Shown one piece after another: positions 1 through 11,508 of a DNA stretch of 55,920 nt (positions are counted from its first letter, which is position 1; every line of letters starts with the position of its first letter). Position numbers and translations under genes: made by a program. The DNA is from Chiloscyllium plagiosum. Taxonomy: Eukaryota. The DNA lies in assembly GCF_004010195.1 (NCBI RefSeq), contig NC_057719.1, positions 92,094,392 through 92,150,311 of the forward strand, written 5' to 3'. Below the pieces are notes generated by a model. It made no database searches, was not told the DNA's origin, and saw only the letters and a program-made list of their open reading frames with translations.

Positions 1-110
1 TGTGTGAGTGAGTGAGAGAGAAAAGGAGAGAGAGGGCATGAGAGAGAGGGGGAGAGAGTGAGTGAGAGAAAAGGAGTGAGAGAGGGAGTGTGGGAGTGAG
101 AGAGACAGAG
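1..110. repeat. Degenerate (GA)n/(GT)n simple repeat
   Basis: gagtgagtgagagagaaaaggagagagag visible directly. Confidence 0.9.
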
Positions 111-976
111 GGTGTTTTCTGGATGGTCTCACAGGGTAACAGGTTTGAGAAACATTGTTTAAAACAGTTGGGAAGTGGACTGAGCCAGGAATTTAACTTT
201 GGAAAATAATGTTGTGTGTGAGTGAATGATGACACCATGAAAGTACAGAGCTGGAACTGGCTAATAACTAACAAATAAAGAATATTGTGTCTGAAAATTG
301 GAGTGTCGAGGCTGGCACAATGGTTTTTGGCGTGTGCTATGACTGCACAGTCCAGGAGGAGTATACATTGAGCCAAGGATACGTCATATTAAACATCAGT
401 CTGACAGCTGGCCAGCTCCATGTTTGATTCATGAATTGCATGGGCATCCATTGGACTGTCACCAAGTTCTGCTGTCGACTCTGTTATAATTTGGCCTTCT
501 TATTGCTTTCTGTAAATGTGATATTTTCTGTTGACACAGCTGCACCTCCGATGCCTGGCCATTTCTGCCCCTCTCACACAGGGTGGATGTGGGTTGGGCA
601 TGCCTGATAACTGGGGCCTAGTTTCTCAAGCTCAGTGCTGGGAAGGTGAAAGGTCAAACAGCCCTCCCTGCATATTAGCAACATCAAGTGCCATTGACTG
701 CCATGGACTGCGGTCCACGACATTGGTGCAGCCACTTTTAGAATACTGCATTCAGTTCTGGTCTTTCGTCTACAGGAAGGATGTTGTGAAACTTGAAAGG
801 GTTCAGAAAAGATTTACAAGGATGTTGCCAGGGTTGGAGGATTTGAGCTACAGGGAGAGGCGAAATAGGCTGGGGCTGTTTTCCCTGGAGCATCGGGGGC
901 TGAGGGGTGACCTTATAGAGGTTTGCGAAATCATGAGGGGCATGGATAGGGTGAATAGGCAATGCTCCTTGGAATA

Positions 977-1089
977 GGAGAAAGTGAGGGCTGCAGATGC
1001 TGGCGATCAGAGCTGAAAATGTATTGCTGGGGTGGGGGGCGGAGAGGTCAGGAAGAAGATTGCAGGTTAGGAAGGCGGTGCTGAATTCG
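977..1089 (-). mobile_element. Short Penelope-like terminal insertion with 20-bp target-site duplication
   Basis: aggcaatgctccttggaata at 957-976 and 1090-1109; insert starts ggagaaagtgagggctgcagatgctgg like the other PLE-terminus copies. Confidence 0.8.
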
Positions 1090-1145
1090 AGGCAATGCTC
1101 CTTGGAATATCTTATTACTGTATATACACTTTAAGTGTACATTAA

Positions 1146-1473
1146 GGGCGGCACGGTGGCTCAGGGGTTAGCACTGCTGCCTCACAGCGCCAGGGACTCA
1201 GGTTCGATTCCAGCCAAAGGCAACTGTCTGTGTGGAGTTTGCACATTCTCCCCATGTCTGCGCGAGTTTCTTCTGAGTGCTCTGGTTTCCTCCCACAATT
1301 GGCCATGCTAATTTGTTCCATAGTGTTCAGGGATGTGTGGGTTAGGTGCATGAGTCAGGGGTAAATGTAGAGTAATAGAGTAGGGAAATGGGTCTGGGTG
1401 GCTTACTCTTTGGAGGGTCAGTGTGGACGTTTTGGGCCGAAGGGCCTGTTTCCACGCTGTAGGGATTCTATGA
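1146..1473 (+). mobile_element. HE1-type tRNA-derived V-SINE
   Basis: Head gggcggcacggtggctcag..gttagc (box A), ggttcgattcc (box B), core tgtgtggagtttgcacattctcccc, CR1-derived tail gggccgaagggcctgtttcc. Confidence 0.92.
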
Positions 1474-2261
1474 TAGAGTAAAGAGCCAGGTCTTTTCCCC
1501 AGCATAGGGGAGTCCATAACAAATGGGATAAGTTTGAAAAAGATCTAAAGGGTGGTTTTCTCATGCAGTGTGTATGGAACGAGCTGCCAGAGGAGGCTGG
1601 TTCACCGTTTAAAAGGCAGCTGGATGGGAATATGATTAGGAAGGGTTTAGAGGGATATGGGCCAAGTGCTGACAAATAAATTGAAGTCAGATTGGGATGT
1701 CTGCTTGGCACAGATGAGTTGGATCGAAAGGTCTGTTTGTATTTTGTATAAATCTATTACTCTCTGACTAATCACCGGCCGACCTTGCTCCACTCTACTT
1801 TAAAATCCTTCCTGACCACCTGAAATCCCCGTGCTCCTCCAATTCCCTCTCAATCTCTTTCCGATTTCCTTCTTTCTGACGTCGGCAGGTGCCCCTTCAG
1901 CTCCTTGATCCCTAGACCCAGGAATTTCCCTCCCTAACTCTCCCCATTGAAGGCAATCCTCCGAAACCAGCCTTTTTTTTTGTCTGGTTGAGTTAATGAC
2001 TACCCGGCCTGCAGTCAACATCCCGTTGAGGATATTGTGTTCGTCCCTGAGATGGGATGGAAATGCCAGTGTATATTCCTGTGCCAACAGCACATGTACG
2101 ACTAGTCAGTGTCCCTGTGTTTAGCTTGTGGGCGCTGACTCCCCAATGCTTGTGGTGTTTGTTTCATTACAACAAGTCACTGAACTTGCAAAGTGCTCCT
2201 TTTCAGCGGCACCTTGCAAGGTCTGATGGTTGTGAAAGGCACCATATGAAAGTGAGACATG

Positions 2262-3365
2262 TAGCGTAGAAAAAGAACCTTTGGTCCAACTAGTCCATGC
2301 CGATCACGTTCCCGAGCTAAACTAGTCCCACCTGTCTGCGCTTGCCCATACCCGTCCAAACATTTCTTATTCACGTATTTATCCAAATGTTTTTTAAACG
2401 TATTAACTGCATTTGCATCCTCTGGAAGTTCACTCCACAAACAAACAAAGCCTCTTGTGTCTTTTTTTTCTACTTCTTTCTCCTCTCAACTTAAACCATA
2501 CCCGTTAGTCTTGAAATCCCCAACCCCAGGGAAAAGACACCTTGCTTTCACCTTTTCTACACCCCTCATGATTGTGTAAACCTCTATAAGGCCACCCCGC
2601 AACCTTCTACGCTCCAGTGAAAAAAGTCCCAGCCTATTCAGCCTCTCCTCACAACTCAAACCCTTCATTCCTGGCAACGTCCTGGTAAATATCTTCTGAA
2701 CCCTTTTCAGCGGAATAACAATCTTCCATGACCTGGCAATCAGAACTGGACACAGTATTCCAGTTCTGTACAACCTCGACATGACCTCCCAACACTTATA
2801 GTAAAAAGTCTGAGCGATGCAGGCTAGTGTGCTAAACACCTTTTTAACCACCCTGTCTACATGTGACACAAACTTCAAAGAATTATGCACCTGAACTTTT
2901 AGGTCTTTCTGTTCTACAACACTACCCAAGGCCCGAATTTTACTTGGATAAATCCTGCCCACCTTTACATTAGATTCCCTCCAGTGTGGAAACAGGCCTT
3001 CGGCCCAACAAGTCCACACCAGCCCTCCAAAGAGCAACGCACCCAGACCCATTCCCCTACACCTAACACTACAGGCAATTTAGCACGGCCAATTTACCTG
3101 ACTTACACATCTTTGGATTGTGGGAGGAAACCGGAGCACCCGGAGGAAACCCACGCAGACATAATCTAAACGTGCAAACTCCACACAGAGAGTTGCCCGA
3201 GGCGGGAATAGATCCCGGGTGCCTGGCGCTGTGAGGCAGCAGTGCTAACCACTGAGTCACCGTGCCACCCTTTGTTTTACCAAAATGCAAGTATTGAAAT
3301 TAAATTCTATCTGCCATTCCCGCCAGTCAAGATCTCTTTGTAATCTGAGGTAACCTTCTCACTGT
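2262..3365 (-). mobile_element. CR1-clade LINE 3' fragment with nested HE1 SINE
   Basis: Minus-strand MHFGKT..., SVVEQKDL.VQVHNSLK..SHVDRVVKK, LERRRLRGGLIEVY. Confidence 0.9.
2970..3270 (-). mobile_element. HE1-type SINE inserted in CR1
   Basis: Full head-core-tail on the minus strand. Confidence 0.92.
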
Positions 3366-3582
3366 CCCCCCTTTGCTCGAACAGGGCTTCAGAATCTGGG
3401 ACAGAGCTCACCGCAGTGAGCGTTTCAATGGAAGAAGCATGAGTCGGCCATCCAACTCCTTAATTTTCCATCGCCGTTCAATAAGATCATGTCTGGTCTG
3501 ACCGTCTTGCCCCCGCAGTCACCATAATCCTTTGTGCCTTCATCAATCAAACTCCTGTCTGACTCCTCCAACACCTTCCGTT

Positions 3583-3900
3583 GGGGGAGGCGATGGTTGA
3601 GTGGTGCTGTCACTGGATTATTCATCTCGAAACTCAGTGCGTTTGAATTCCGCCATGGCAGATGGTGGAATTTTTACCTCAGTAAAAGAGAAAAAGAGTT
3701 AAACGATGACCATTGTCGAATGTCAGAAAATGTCATTGGTTCACTAATCTGCCAGCCTTCCCTGGTCTGGTCTCTCTGTGACTCAAGACTCATAGCAATA
3801 TAGTTGACTCTCACCTGTACTCTGAAATGGCCTAGCAAGGCATTCAGTTCAATGGCAGCTAGGGACAGGTAATCAATGCTGGTCAGCCTGTAACGCCCAG
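3583..3900 (+). mobile_element. Second tRNA-derived SINE family (ggggaggcgatgg head)
   Basis: Homologous to 10742-11103; adjoining 3905-4160 is a LINE 3' fragment sharing its tail. Confidence 0.75.
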
Positions 3901-4227
3901 GGCCACTTCCATCTCGAAGGACAAGGGCAGCGGATCACACTTCCCCTCCAGGCCACTCACCATCCTGAATTGGAAATATATTGCCGTTCCTTCACTGTCA
4001 CCGCGTCAAAGTCCTGAAATTCCCTCCCCACCGGCATTGTGGGTCAACCTATAGCATATGGACTGCCGCAGTTCAAAGAAGGCAGCTCACCACCACCTTC
4101 TCAAGGGGGCAGCTAGGAACGGGCAAAAACTGCTGGCATTACCAGCATAGCCCATGTTCCAAAACTGCTTATCCTTTAGTTATATTGACTGACCCAGCCT
4201 CACCTTGCCGTAAGAGTTTTTTTTTAA

Positions 4228-4508
4228 AGATTAGATTCCCGACAGTTTGGAAACAGGCCCTTCGGCCCAACCAGTCCACACTGACCCTCTGAAGAGTAAC
4301 CCACTCAGACCTACTTCCCTCTGACTAATGCACCAATCACTACAGGCAATCCACCTGATCTAAACATCTTTGGACTGTGGGAGGAAACCCACGCAGACAC
4401 AGGGAGAATGTGCAAACTCCACACAGACAGTTGCCCGAGGCTGGAATCGAGCCTGGGACCCTGGTGCTGTGAGACAGCAGTGCTGACCACTGAGCCACCG
4501 TGCCGCCC
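4228..4508 (-). mobile_element. HE1-type SINE
   Basis: Head, core and tail motifs on the minus strand. Confidence 0.92.
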
Positions 4509-5304
4509 ATAAATAATTGTTTGTGATTTCCATACAAAGTCAGCCACATCCCTCTGGGCTGCAGTGTTCCCCCGCCATTTCAATAGTGTGCTGTTTTCCT
4601 AGTCTTCCTGCCAAAATGAGTAGCCTGACATTTTCTCCCTTGTTTTTCACCTGCCAAGGTTTTATCCCACCTGCCTCACCTGGTTATGTCCCCACTGGAC
4701 TCTCTCACATTGTTACTTTCCTAACTCTCATTGTGTCATCAGCAGATTTGGTCACAACACAGTCAGTTCTCTCGTCCAGGGCATGAATGTCGTTTGGAAG
4801 TAATTGCGGCCCCAGCACTGATTCCCGTGACGCTCCGTCAGTTAGCGTTGCCTTCCTGAATATGCCTCCTTTATCTGTGGCCTCTGTTTCTTCTTAGATT
4901 TGTAGTGAGCCAGTCAGCTCTCCATTCAGATATATAACATTCCCCCCCCCACCCCCCAACATTCATGATGAGAGTATGGGATCGAATCCAAGACTGTTCC
5001 TGATTGCCGAATTTATGCCAACTCCAAGACACTATTGGATGCCAGTTTCAGTGTCTCCTGCCAAGTTTAATCTAAAACAAGGTGAACAGTCAAAGGGATT
5101 TAACATTGAACAAGCACTAGGGAGGGGTTCCTATCATGGAAGGATCCCGAAGACTATTTCTGATCGTGAGACTTTGAGGATGATGGTTTCCTGGTGAAAC
5201 ATTCCTTGGGAACAATGCTCTTCACAATTGCATTCGGACATGTCTCCCGTGTATTTAAACCTTTAAAGTGCCTGTTCAGAGCAGCAGCACCATTGTGACT
5301 AAGT

Positions 5305-6065
5305 TCTTGATTTGATTTGATTTGATTTCCTATTGTCACATGGTGCTGGCAGGTGGGACTAGATTGGGTTGGCATGTCTGGTTGGCCTGGACGGGTTGGA
5401 CCGAAGGATCTGTTTGCGTGCTGTACGTCTCTATGACCCTATGCACCAAGATACAGTGAAAAGTATTGTTCTGCGTGCTATCCAGGCAAAGTGTCCCTTA
5501 CGTAAGTACAACAGGGTCGTAGCACAGAATGCAGAATATAGTGTTACAGCTACAGAGAAGGTGCAGAGAAAGATCAACTCTCATATATGAGGGGTCTGTT
5601 CCTAAGTCTGATAACAGTGGGGAAGAAGCTGTCCTTGAACCTGTTGACTTGCGTTTTCAAACATTTGTATCTTCTGCCCGATGGAGGAGGGTGGGAGAGA
5701 GTATAACTGGGATGGGGTAGGGGGTGGGGGGGGTCTTTGATTGGGCCTTCCCGGGGCAGTGGGAAGTGTAGACGGAGTCAGTGGGAGGGAAGGCTGGTTT
5801 GTGTGATGGACTGGGCTGTGTTCAGAACGCTCTGTAATTTCTTGCGATCTTGGGCAGGGCAGATGGCACACCAAGCTGTAGTGCACCCAGACAGGATGCT
5901 TTCTGTGGGGCATCTTTAAAAATTGGTCAGAGTCAACTGTGGACATGCCAACACATGCTTCCTTAGCCTCCTGAGGTATTGGTGTGCTTTCCTGACTGCA
6001 ATGTTGTTGTGGGTGGACCAGGATGGATCGTTGGTGATATTTATTCCTAGGAACCTAAAGCTCCC
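5305..6065 (-). mobile_element. Rex1/Babar-type LINE 3' fragment, with nested CR1 3' end at about 5341-5442 (+)
   Basis: FRFLGINITNDPSWSTHNNIAVRKAHQYLRRLRK motif; (gattt)n tail. Confidence 0.8.
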
Positions 6066-6159
6066 GACCACCGTCCGTCTCAGCAGTGTTGATATAGACA
6101 GTTCAAAGGTCAAGGGCTCTGCTACCAATGCCAGAGTCCTGTGCACACAATCGACACGT

Positions 6160-6380
6160 GCAGTGCAATGCTGAGGGAGTGCTACAATGTCAGAGGGGCC
6201 GCTGGATGTATATCCCAGCTAGGACACTTTGCAGGATTCGCTGTGTGCTCCTGCTGTTGTTCCAGGGGATTGTTCACATGAGCTTGTCGAGGCAGACAGG
6301 GCCTCAGTTTAACGCAGCATTGACAAGACAGCGCCTCAGACAGTGCAGCACTCCGTCAGTGTGCTCAGCCTGCACTGTGT
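6160..6380. mobile_element. Two old, oppositely oriented Deu-core (AmnSINE1/SacSINE1-like) fragments
   Basis: agtgcaatgctgagggagtgctacaatgtcagagg (+) and ggcctcagtttaacg..gacagtgcagcactcc (-) resemble the Deu domain; related pieces near 11300-11440, 24300-24420 and 33893-34600. Confidence 0.6.
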
Positions 6381-6753
6381 GCTCTTAAAACAAGTGGAAC
6401 TCGGTCTGTTCGAGACTGTGGTTGCGCCAGGAGCACTGCAAAGAAGCTGTTAGATAGAACCCAGTTTCAGAGTGCCTGCTCAAACTGAAAGATTCGGGAA
6501 GTCGCCACTATCACTCACTCGCCCAACACGAGAGGAGACCTGGGCTTCGTCACCTCTTAGACAAAAGGCTAACCCGAAAAGATTTGTTTGGCCGAGACAA
6601 TGTTCATCAAGGAGACCAGAACGAACAACCATTAGCCCGAGGGACTGTGTGATGGCAAATTATTAACGATGCCTGAGGGTCTGTGTTGTTGTGCCTGAGG
6701 GCCACGTGTGGTGGATTTAATCAGTGGGCTAGATGCAAGTCTGGAATTCCTGG

Positions 6754-7026
6754 GTGGTTAGCATTTCTGCCTCACAGTGCCAGAGACCCAGGTTCAATTC
6801 CTGCCTCAGGCAACTGTCTGTGTGGAGTTTGCGCATTCTCCCCGTGTCTGCGTGGGTTTCCTCCGGGTGCTCCGGTTTCCTCCCACAGTCCAAAGATGTG
6901 CAGGTCAGGTGAATTGGCCATGCTAAATTGTAGGGGAATGGGTCTGGGTGGGTTGCTCTTTGGAGGGTTGGTGTGGACTTGTTGGGCCGAAGGGCCTGTT
7001 TCCACACTGTAAGTAATCTAATCTAA
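6754..7026 (+). mobile_element. HE1-type SINE, 5'-trimmed
   Basis: Core plus tail ending gtaagtaatctaatcta. Confidence 0.92.
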
Positions 7027-7399
7027 ATTACACTCCCAGCACCAGTCCAGGATAAGGTTGAGAATCACCCGTGGCCTGCACTCCTGTTCCCATGTTGCAG
7101 TAGAGCTATGAGAACCTCCCTTACTATTCTCCTTCAGGAATTGTGGGTAACATCCTTTCAGGATAGCTGTGAATCACAGTCTATGATGCTCTTTGCGATT
7201 GTCCATATTGTTAGTCTGCATAAAGTTTACACTGAGAATGAGGTTATTGTTGAGCCAGATGTCTTAAAGTTTATGTGCAACACTTGTTATTGCCGTGGCT
7301 GTTATCTTGCTTTTGTACGCCCAGATCATCTGGCTTCTGTGCTTACTGATATTTTTGTATTTTACACACACATAACAGACATGGAGCCAGAGGAGGTGG

Positions 7400-7685
7400 A
7401 AGGCACAGGTCTAGGGTGAGAGGGGAAAGGTTTAAAAGAGACCTAAGGGGTAACGTTTTCACACAGAGGGTGGTACGTGTATGGAATGAGCTGCCAGAGG
7501 AAGTGGTGGAGGCTGGTACAATTGCAACATTTAAAAGGCATCTGGATGGGTATATGAATAGGAAGGCTTTAGAGGGAAATGGGCCGGGTGCTGGCAGGTG
7601 GGACGGGATTGGGTTGGGATATCTGGTCGGCATGGACGGGTTGGACCGAAGGGTCCGTTTCCGAGCTGTACACCTTTATGACTCC
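7400..7685 (+). mobile_element. CR1-clade LINE 3' end
   Basis: RGERFKRDLRGNVFTQRVVRVWNELPEEVVEAGTIATFKRHLDGYM plus 3' UTR. Confidence 0.92.
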
Positions 7686-8178
7686 ATCACATAGCACCGA
7701 CTCTATTACACATGGAGAGTGGCCGAAGATGAAAGGGGTCCCTTTAATGTCACATTTCGTTATGTCATGCGTCTATCTTAAAGGTGCAGTACCTGCCGTG
7801 TGCTCATGAATCTGTGGCATAATACGGCAGTGTGGATGTCAGAAACATTTGAAAGTTACCCTGCTATGCACCACAAAAGCGGCAAAGTTGGTGAAACAAT
7901 GCCCATCCAGCAACTTGGTTTCAGAAAACATTGAATCAGTACAACACAGCCAAAGGCTGTTTGACCCACCGCTCTGATCACACGTCCCTGTATCCTCCTC
8001 CCACTTCACTCGTTGACAATAGTTTGAAAGTGTAGAAGCTGTCACAGCTCAGGAGCAGGCCACTCTGCCTATCCTGTGTCTGCTGGTCGGAACATGAGCC
8101 CCTCCCGATTCTCCTCCCACTTCTCCAGCTCTAAGTCTGTATCCCCTGGAGGTTCAGAGGCAGACCCTAATGCCTTTT

Positions 8179-8633
8179 TTACAGAACCCCTAAGACTCCT
8201 TTTTTTTTAGTAAACAGATCCTCTGACATTCCTGTTTTTTTTTCTGGCACTTCTATTTGTTTTTTTTATGTTCTTAAACCCCCACACTCCCGCCAAACTG
8301 TGGTAGTGTTTATTTTATCCCCAGCACCCATGTTGTGTGTGTGCAGGCGTGAGACACAGTGAGAGACATAAGGTGTACGAATCTTTATTCAATTTCCACC
8401 ACCAGGAAGATAGGAAACACCCGGGTGGCCAGTGACAAACACTGCCCTTCACATCAAAGGGCAGTGCTGTGTGATCAAAACAGTGAAGGGGAGGGGAGGG
8501 ACTAAATCAAAATAGAGTTGGAGGGGGAAATAATACACTCCACTCCCTGCGGCGCCCACCGCTCCCTGAACAACTCCAGGGTGTTGGTGGAGACCGCGTG
8601 CTCCTTCTCCAAGGACACCCGGGCTCTAACATA
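8179..8633 (-). mobile_element. 5'-truncated Tx1-like LINE with target-site duplication
   Basis: Minus-strand 8633-8502 reads YVRARVSLEKEHAVSTNTLELFRERWAPQGVECIISPSNSILI*; A-rich 3' UTR; cct(a/g)atgcctttt at 8166-8178 and 8634-8646. Confidence 0.75.
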
Positions 8634-8934
8634 CCTGATGCCTTTTAACTCTGTTGATGGTTTCAAGTCTGCCTTTCAGGCACCAAAACGCTTTGGGGAA
8701 AATATTGTCCCTCAAGACCTTCTGCCAATCAATTGTAACATATACCCTTGCCCCCCTCCCCTACCCCAAGTCACTGACCGTCCACCCATTCGCTCCATCC
8801 AGACCACTCCCAATCAATCAAATCTCCCCTCCCTCTCATCCTAGGGAATATAACCCCAGCCTAGCCAGTCTTGCCTCACAGCACCAATTTTTCCAATCCC
8901 AGCAACATCCTGGTTAATCGTCTCCGCCCCCTCT

Positions 8935-9450
8935 CTTGAGTATGTTGTTTTGGTCTCCTGGTCTGAGGAATGTCAGTCTTGCTACAGAGGGAGTCTGGCA
9001 AAGGTTCCCCAGACTGATTCCCGGCATGGCAGGACTGACATGTGAGGAAAGACTAGATCAACCAGGCTGGAATTTAAAAGAATGAGGGAGGGGGGACGAT
9101 CTCATACAAATTCTGATGGGACTGGACAGGCTAGATGCAGGGAAAGACGTTCCCAATGGTGGGGAAGTCCAGAACTAGGGGTCGCAGTCTAAGAATAAAG
9201 GGTAAGCCATTCAGGACTGAGAATTTCTTCACTCAGAGAGTTGTGAACCTTTGGAATTGTCTACTACAAAAAGCTGTTGGGGCCAGTTTGTTAGGTGTAT
9301 TCAAGGGGAAGCTGGACATGGCCCTTGCGGCAAAGGGATCGAGGGGTATGAAAAGAAAGCAGGATCGGGATGCTGAAGTTGCACGATCAGCCATGACCTT
9401 ATTGAATGGTAGCATAAACTCAAAGGGCCGATTTTCTATGTCTCTATGTA
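8935..9450 (+). mobile_element. CR1-clade LINE 3' fragment, older subfamily
   Basis: FPMVGKSRTRGRSLRIKGKPFRTE.NFFTQRVVNLWN. Confidence 0.88.
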
Positions 9451-10741
9451 ACCCAACTTTGTCAGTAGTCAAGTCGTCGTTTGACCAGTCACTGCTACCG
9501 TTTGAGTCATGCTAACCTCCCTGCTTTTGTGTTCTGGACCACACCTCAGAAGGGGACAGACCCCACCTACTTCTCAAACCACCTTCTCAACTTGCAACCT
9601 TCAGGGAACAGTGGGGGAACAGCCCTAGCAGCTCCCTCACTTTCTCTCCCTCTGTCCCCACTCTGTTGCGGAGTCCTTCACCTTGTTTGACCTCCTCAGC
9701 GGTAGCCAATCACAATCTGTACTCACAATGCACAGCCCAACACTAAATGGGATTCAGCGCTCGGACAGCGTGTACCTAATAATCCCGAGTGCGTGGAGAA
9801 TTAAGTGGACAACTGATTCAGGAATGTCAGTCAGGCTTGCAGTGTAGTGCAACGACTGGAAGTACATACATTAATACAAAGGGCCCTGTACTTTGCAAAC
9901 AGAACGCGTACATACACTGAGTCTGTTTCAACTCAGAATGGGGGATGGCCATTCACTGGTTTCACTGCTCGGGCCAGTCCCTTCACCTGTCAGAGACAAC
10001 CCACATGGTTTAAGATTTAAACAAAAGCCTAGTAGTTAACTGTCAGTCATCATTCACTGCTGTATGGAGTGGGGATTGAACCCTGTATCTCAGACCCAGA
10101 GATGGGACAGTGTAGAGTGTGGTTTGCACCTTGCATTTTTCTGATCTAGGGATGGGAGGATATGCTAAAATCTCTGTGTTTTTATTGTGGTGAAATCTCT
10201 GGCTATGGCTTCTGTATTCCTGCAGCATATGATGTTGTTTCTGAGCTGTGGGGACAGTGAGAGCATTGATTTTTCTCTTTGAAGATGACTCCATCCTTGC
10301 TGCTATATTAATCTCTTTCATCCTCCTGCTGGAATTACCATTCCCTTCATCTCGCGGATAATCAATTCTTCACGGCTGCTAATGATTGTAAGTTTTTGAA
10401 CAAATTGGCGAGCTGTCCCACAGCATTTAGATGGTGCTGATCATATTTCCCCTCAGACCCAACGCTGCTGCAGATTCTCAGTAATGAACTCAGCTCCGTC
10501 TTTTCCTGAACGCTGTAATATATTCATGTGCAGGGCCCTGGGCTTTGCAGAAAGCAAGAAAATGCCCTCACAGTGTGCCCCGAACAACAGATTGTGGATG
10601 TGGGGGGGTGGGTCTTTCCGAATGCGTTCCACATCGCAATTCCTGGGCCCAATCAGAGCCGACCTGCCTGGGGCATTCTCCATGGTAACAGCTCTGCTGA
10701 TCAGAGCCCGCTTCCTGAGCCAATCGGCAACTTTTTCTCAT

Positions 10742-11103
10742 GGGGGGAGGCGATGGCCTAGTGGTATTATCGCTAGACTGTTAATCCAGAAACTCAGCTG
10801 ATGTTCTGGTAATTCAGGTTCAAATCCCACTGTTGCAGATCGTGAAATTTGAATTCCGTTTAAAAAGAAGAAGCTGGAATTAGGTGTCTAATGAAACCAT
10901 GGTCGGTTGTCAGGGGGAGAAAAACCCATCTGGTTCACTGATGTCCTATAGGGAAGGAAATCTGTCGGCCTTACCTGGTGAAGCCTGTGTGTGACTCCAG
11001 AGCCTCAGCAATGTGGTTGACTCTTAACTGCCCTCTGGGCAATTAGGGATGAACAATAAATGCTGGCCTTGCAAGAGGCACCCACATCCTGTCAGTGATT
11101 AAA
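10742..11103 (+). mobile_element. Second tRNA-derived SINE family, near full length
   Basis: Box A tggcctagtgg, box B ggttcaaatccc, tail ggcaattagggatgaacaataaatgctggcc. Other copies at about 12955-13262(-), 25392-26245(+), 34770-34990(-), 43660-43770(-), 49785-50055(+). Confidence 0.8.
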
Positions 11104-11508
11104 ACCGGTCCAGTATAAACTGTCATTCCCTCTGAGATTTGGTATTCTTGCGATTCTGTCCTGATGAGAGCGAGATGGAAAGACTTCATTTCCAGCGGTA
11201 CTCCCAGAGGATTGTGGGAATGGTGGTTGAGAGTTGACTATGACAGCAGTACACTCTTGCGACTTGAGCTGATGTCCATAGGCCCAGAGACAGTCGACGA
11301 GGCCTCGGTTTAACATCTGAGCCTGAAGAGGGCAAGTTGACAGTGCGGTACTGTGCTCTCGGAGTGCCAGCCTGGAAATTGGTGTTCAAGGCCTGGAGTG
11401 TGACATAGTAATGGCTGCCTCTTACAGTGGCTATCCAGTGCACGTGTTTGACAAGATAGGGCCGGGCTGGGGGGGGGGGGAGTGGACTGTATCCTGCCAC
11501 AGCACAGA

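Larger units (their letters stand above)
719..1762 (+). mobile_element. CR1-clade (HER1-type) LINE 3' fragments, 719-962 and 1484-1762, with PLE and SINE insertions between them
   Basis: TLVQPLLEYCIQFWS..RKDVVKLERVQKRFTRMLPGLEDLSYRER..RLGLFSLE.R.LRGDLIEV is the CR1 ORF2 C-terminus; typical 3' UTR follows. Confidence 0.9.

Noticed and set aside
141..157. aggtttgagaaacattg resembling a hAT transposon terminal repeat
   Set aside because: No partner repeat or 8-bp TSD found in the window; too short to call.
531..977. 148-aa ORF as a host gene
   Set aside because: The C-terminal half is a CR1 ORF2 fragment and the N-terminal half has no recognisable similarity.
1146..1215. tRNA gene (box A and box B)
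   Set aside because: It is the tRNA-derived head of a SINE repeated about 20 times, with no complete cloverleaf. The recurring ORFs such as CGRKPEHPEETHAD are SINE translations.
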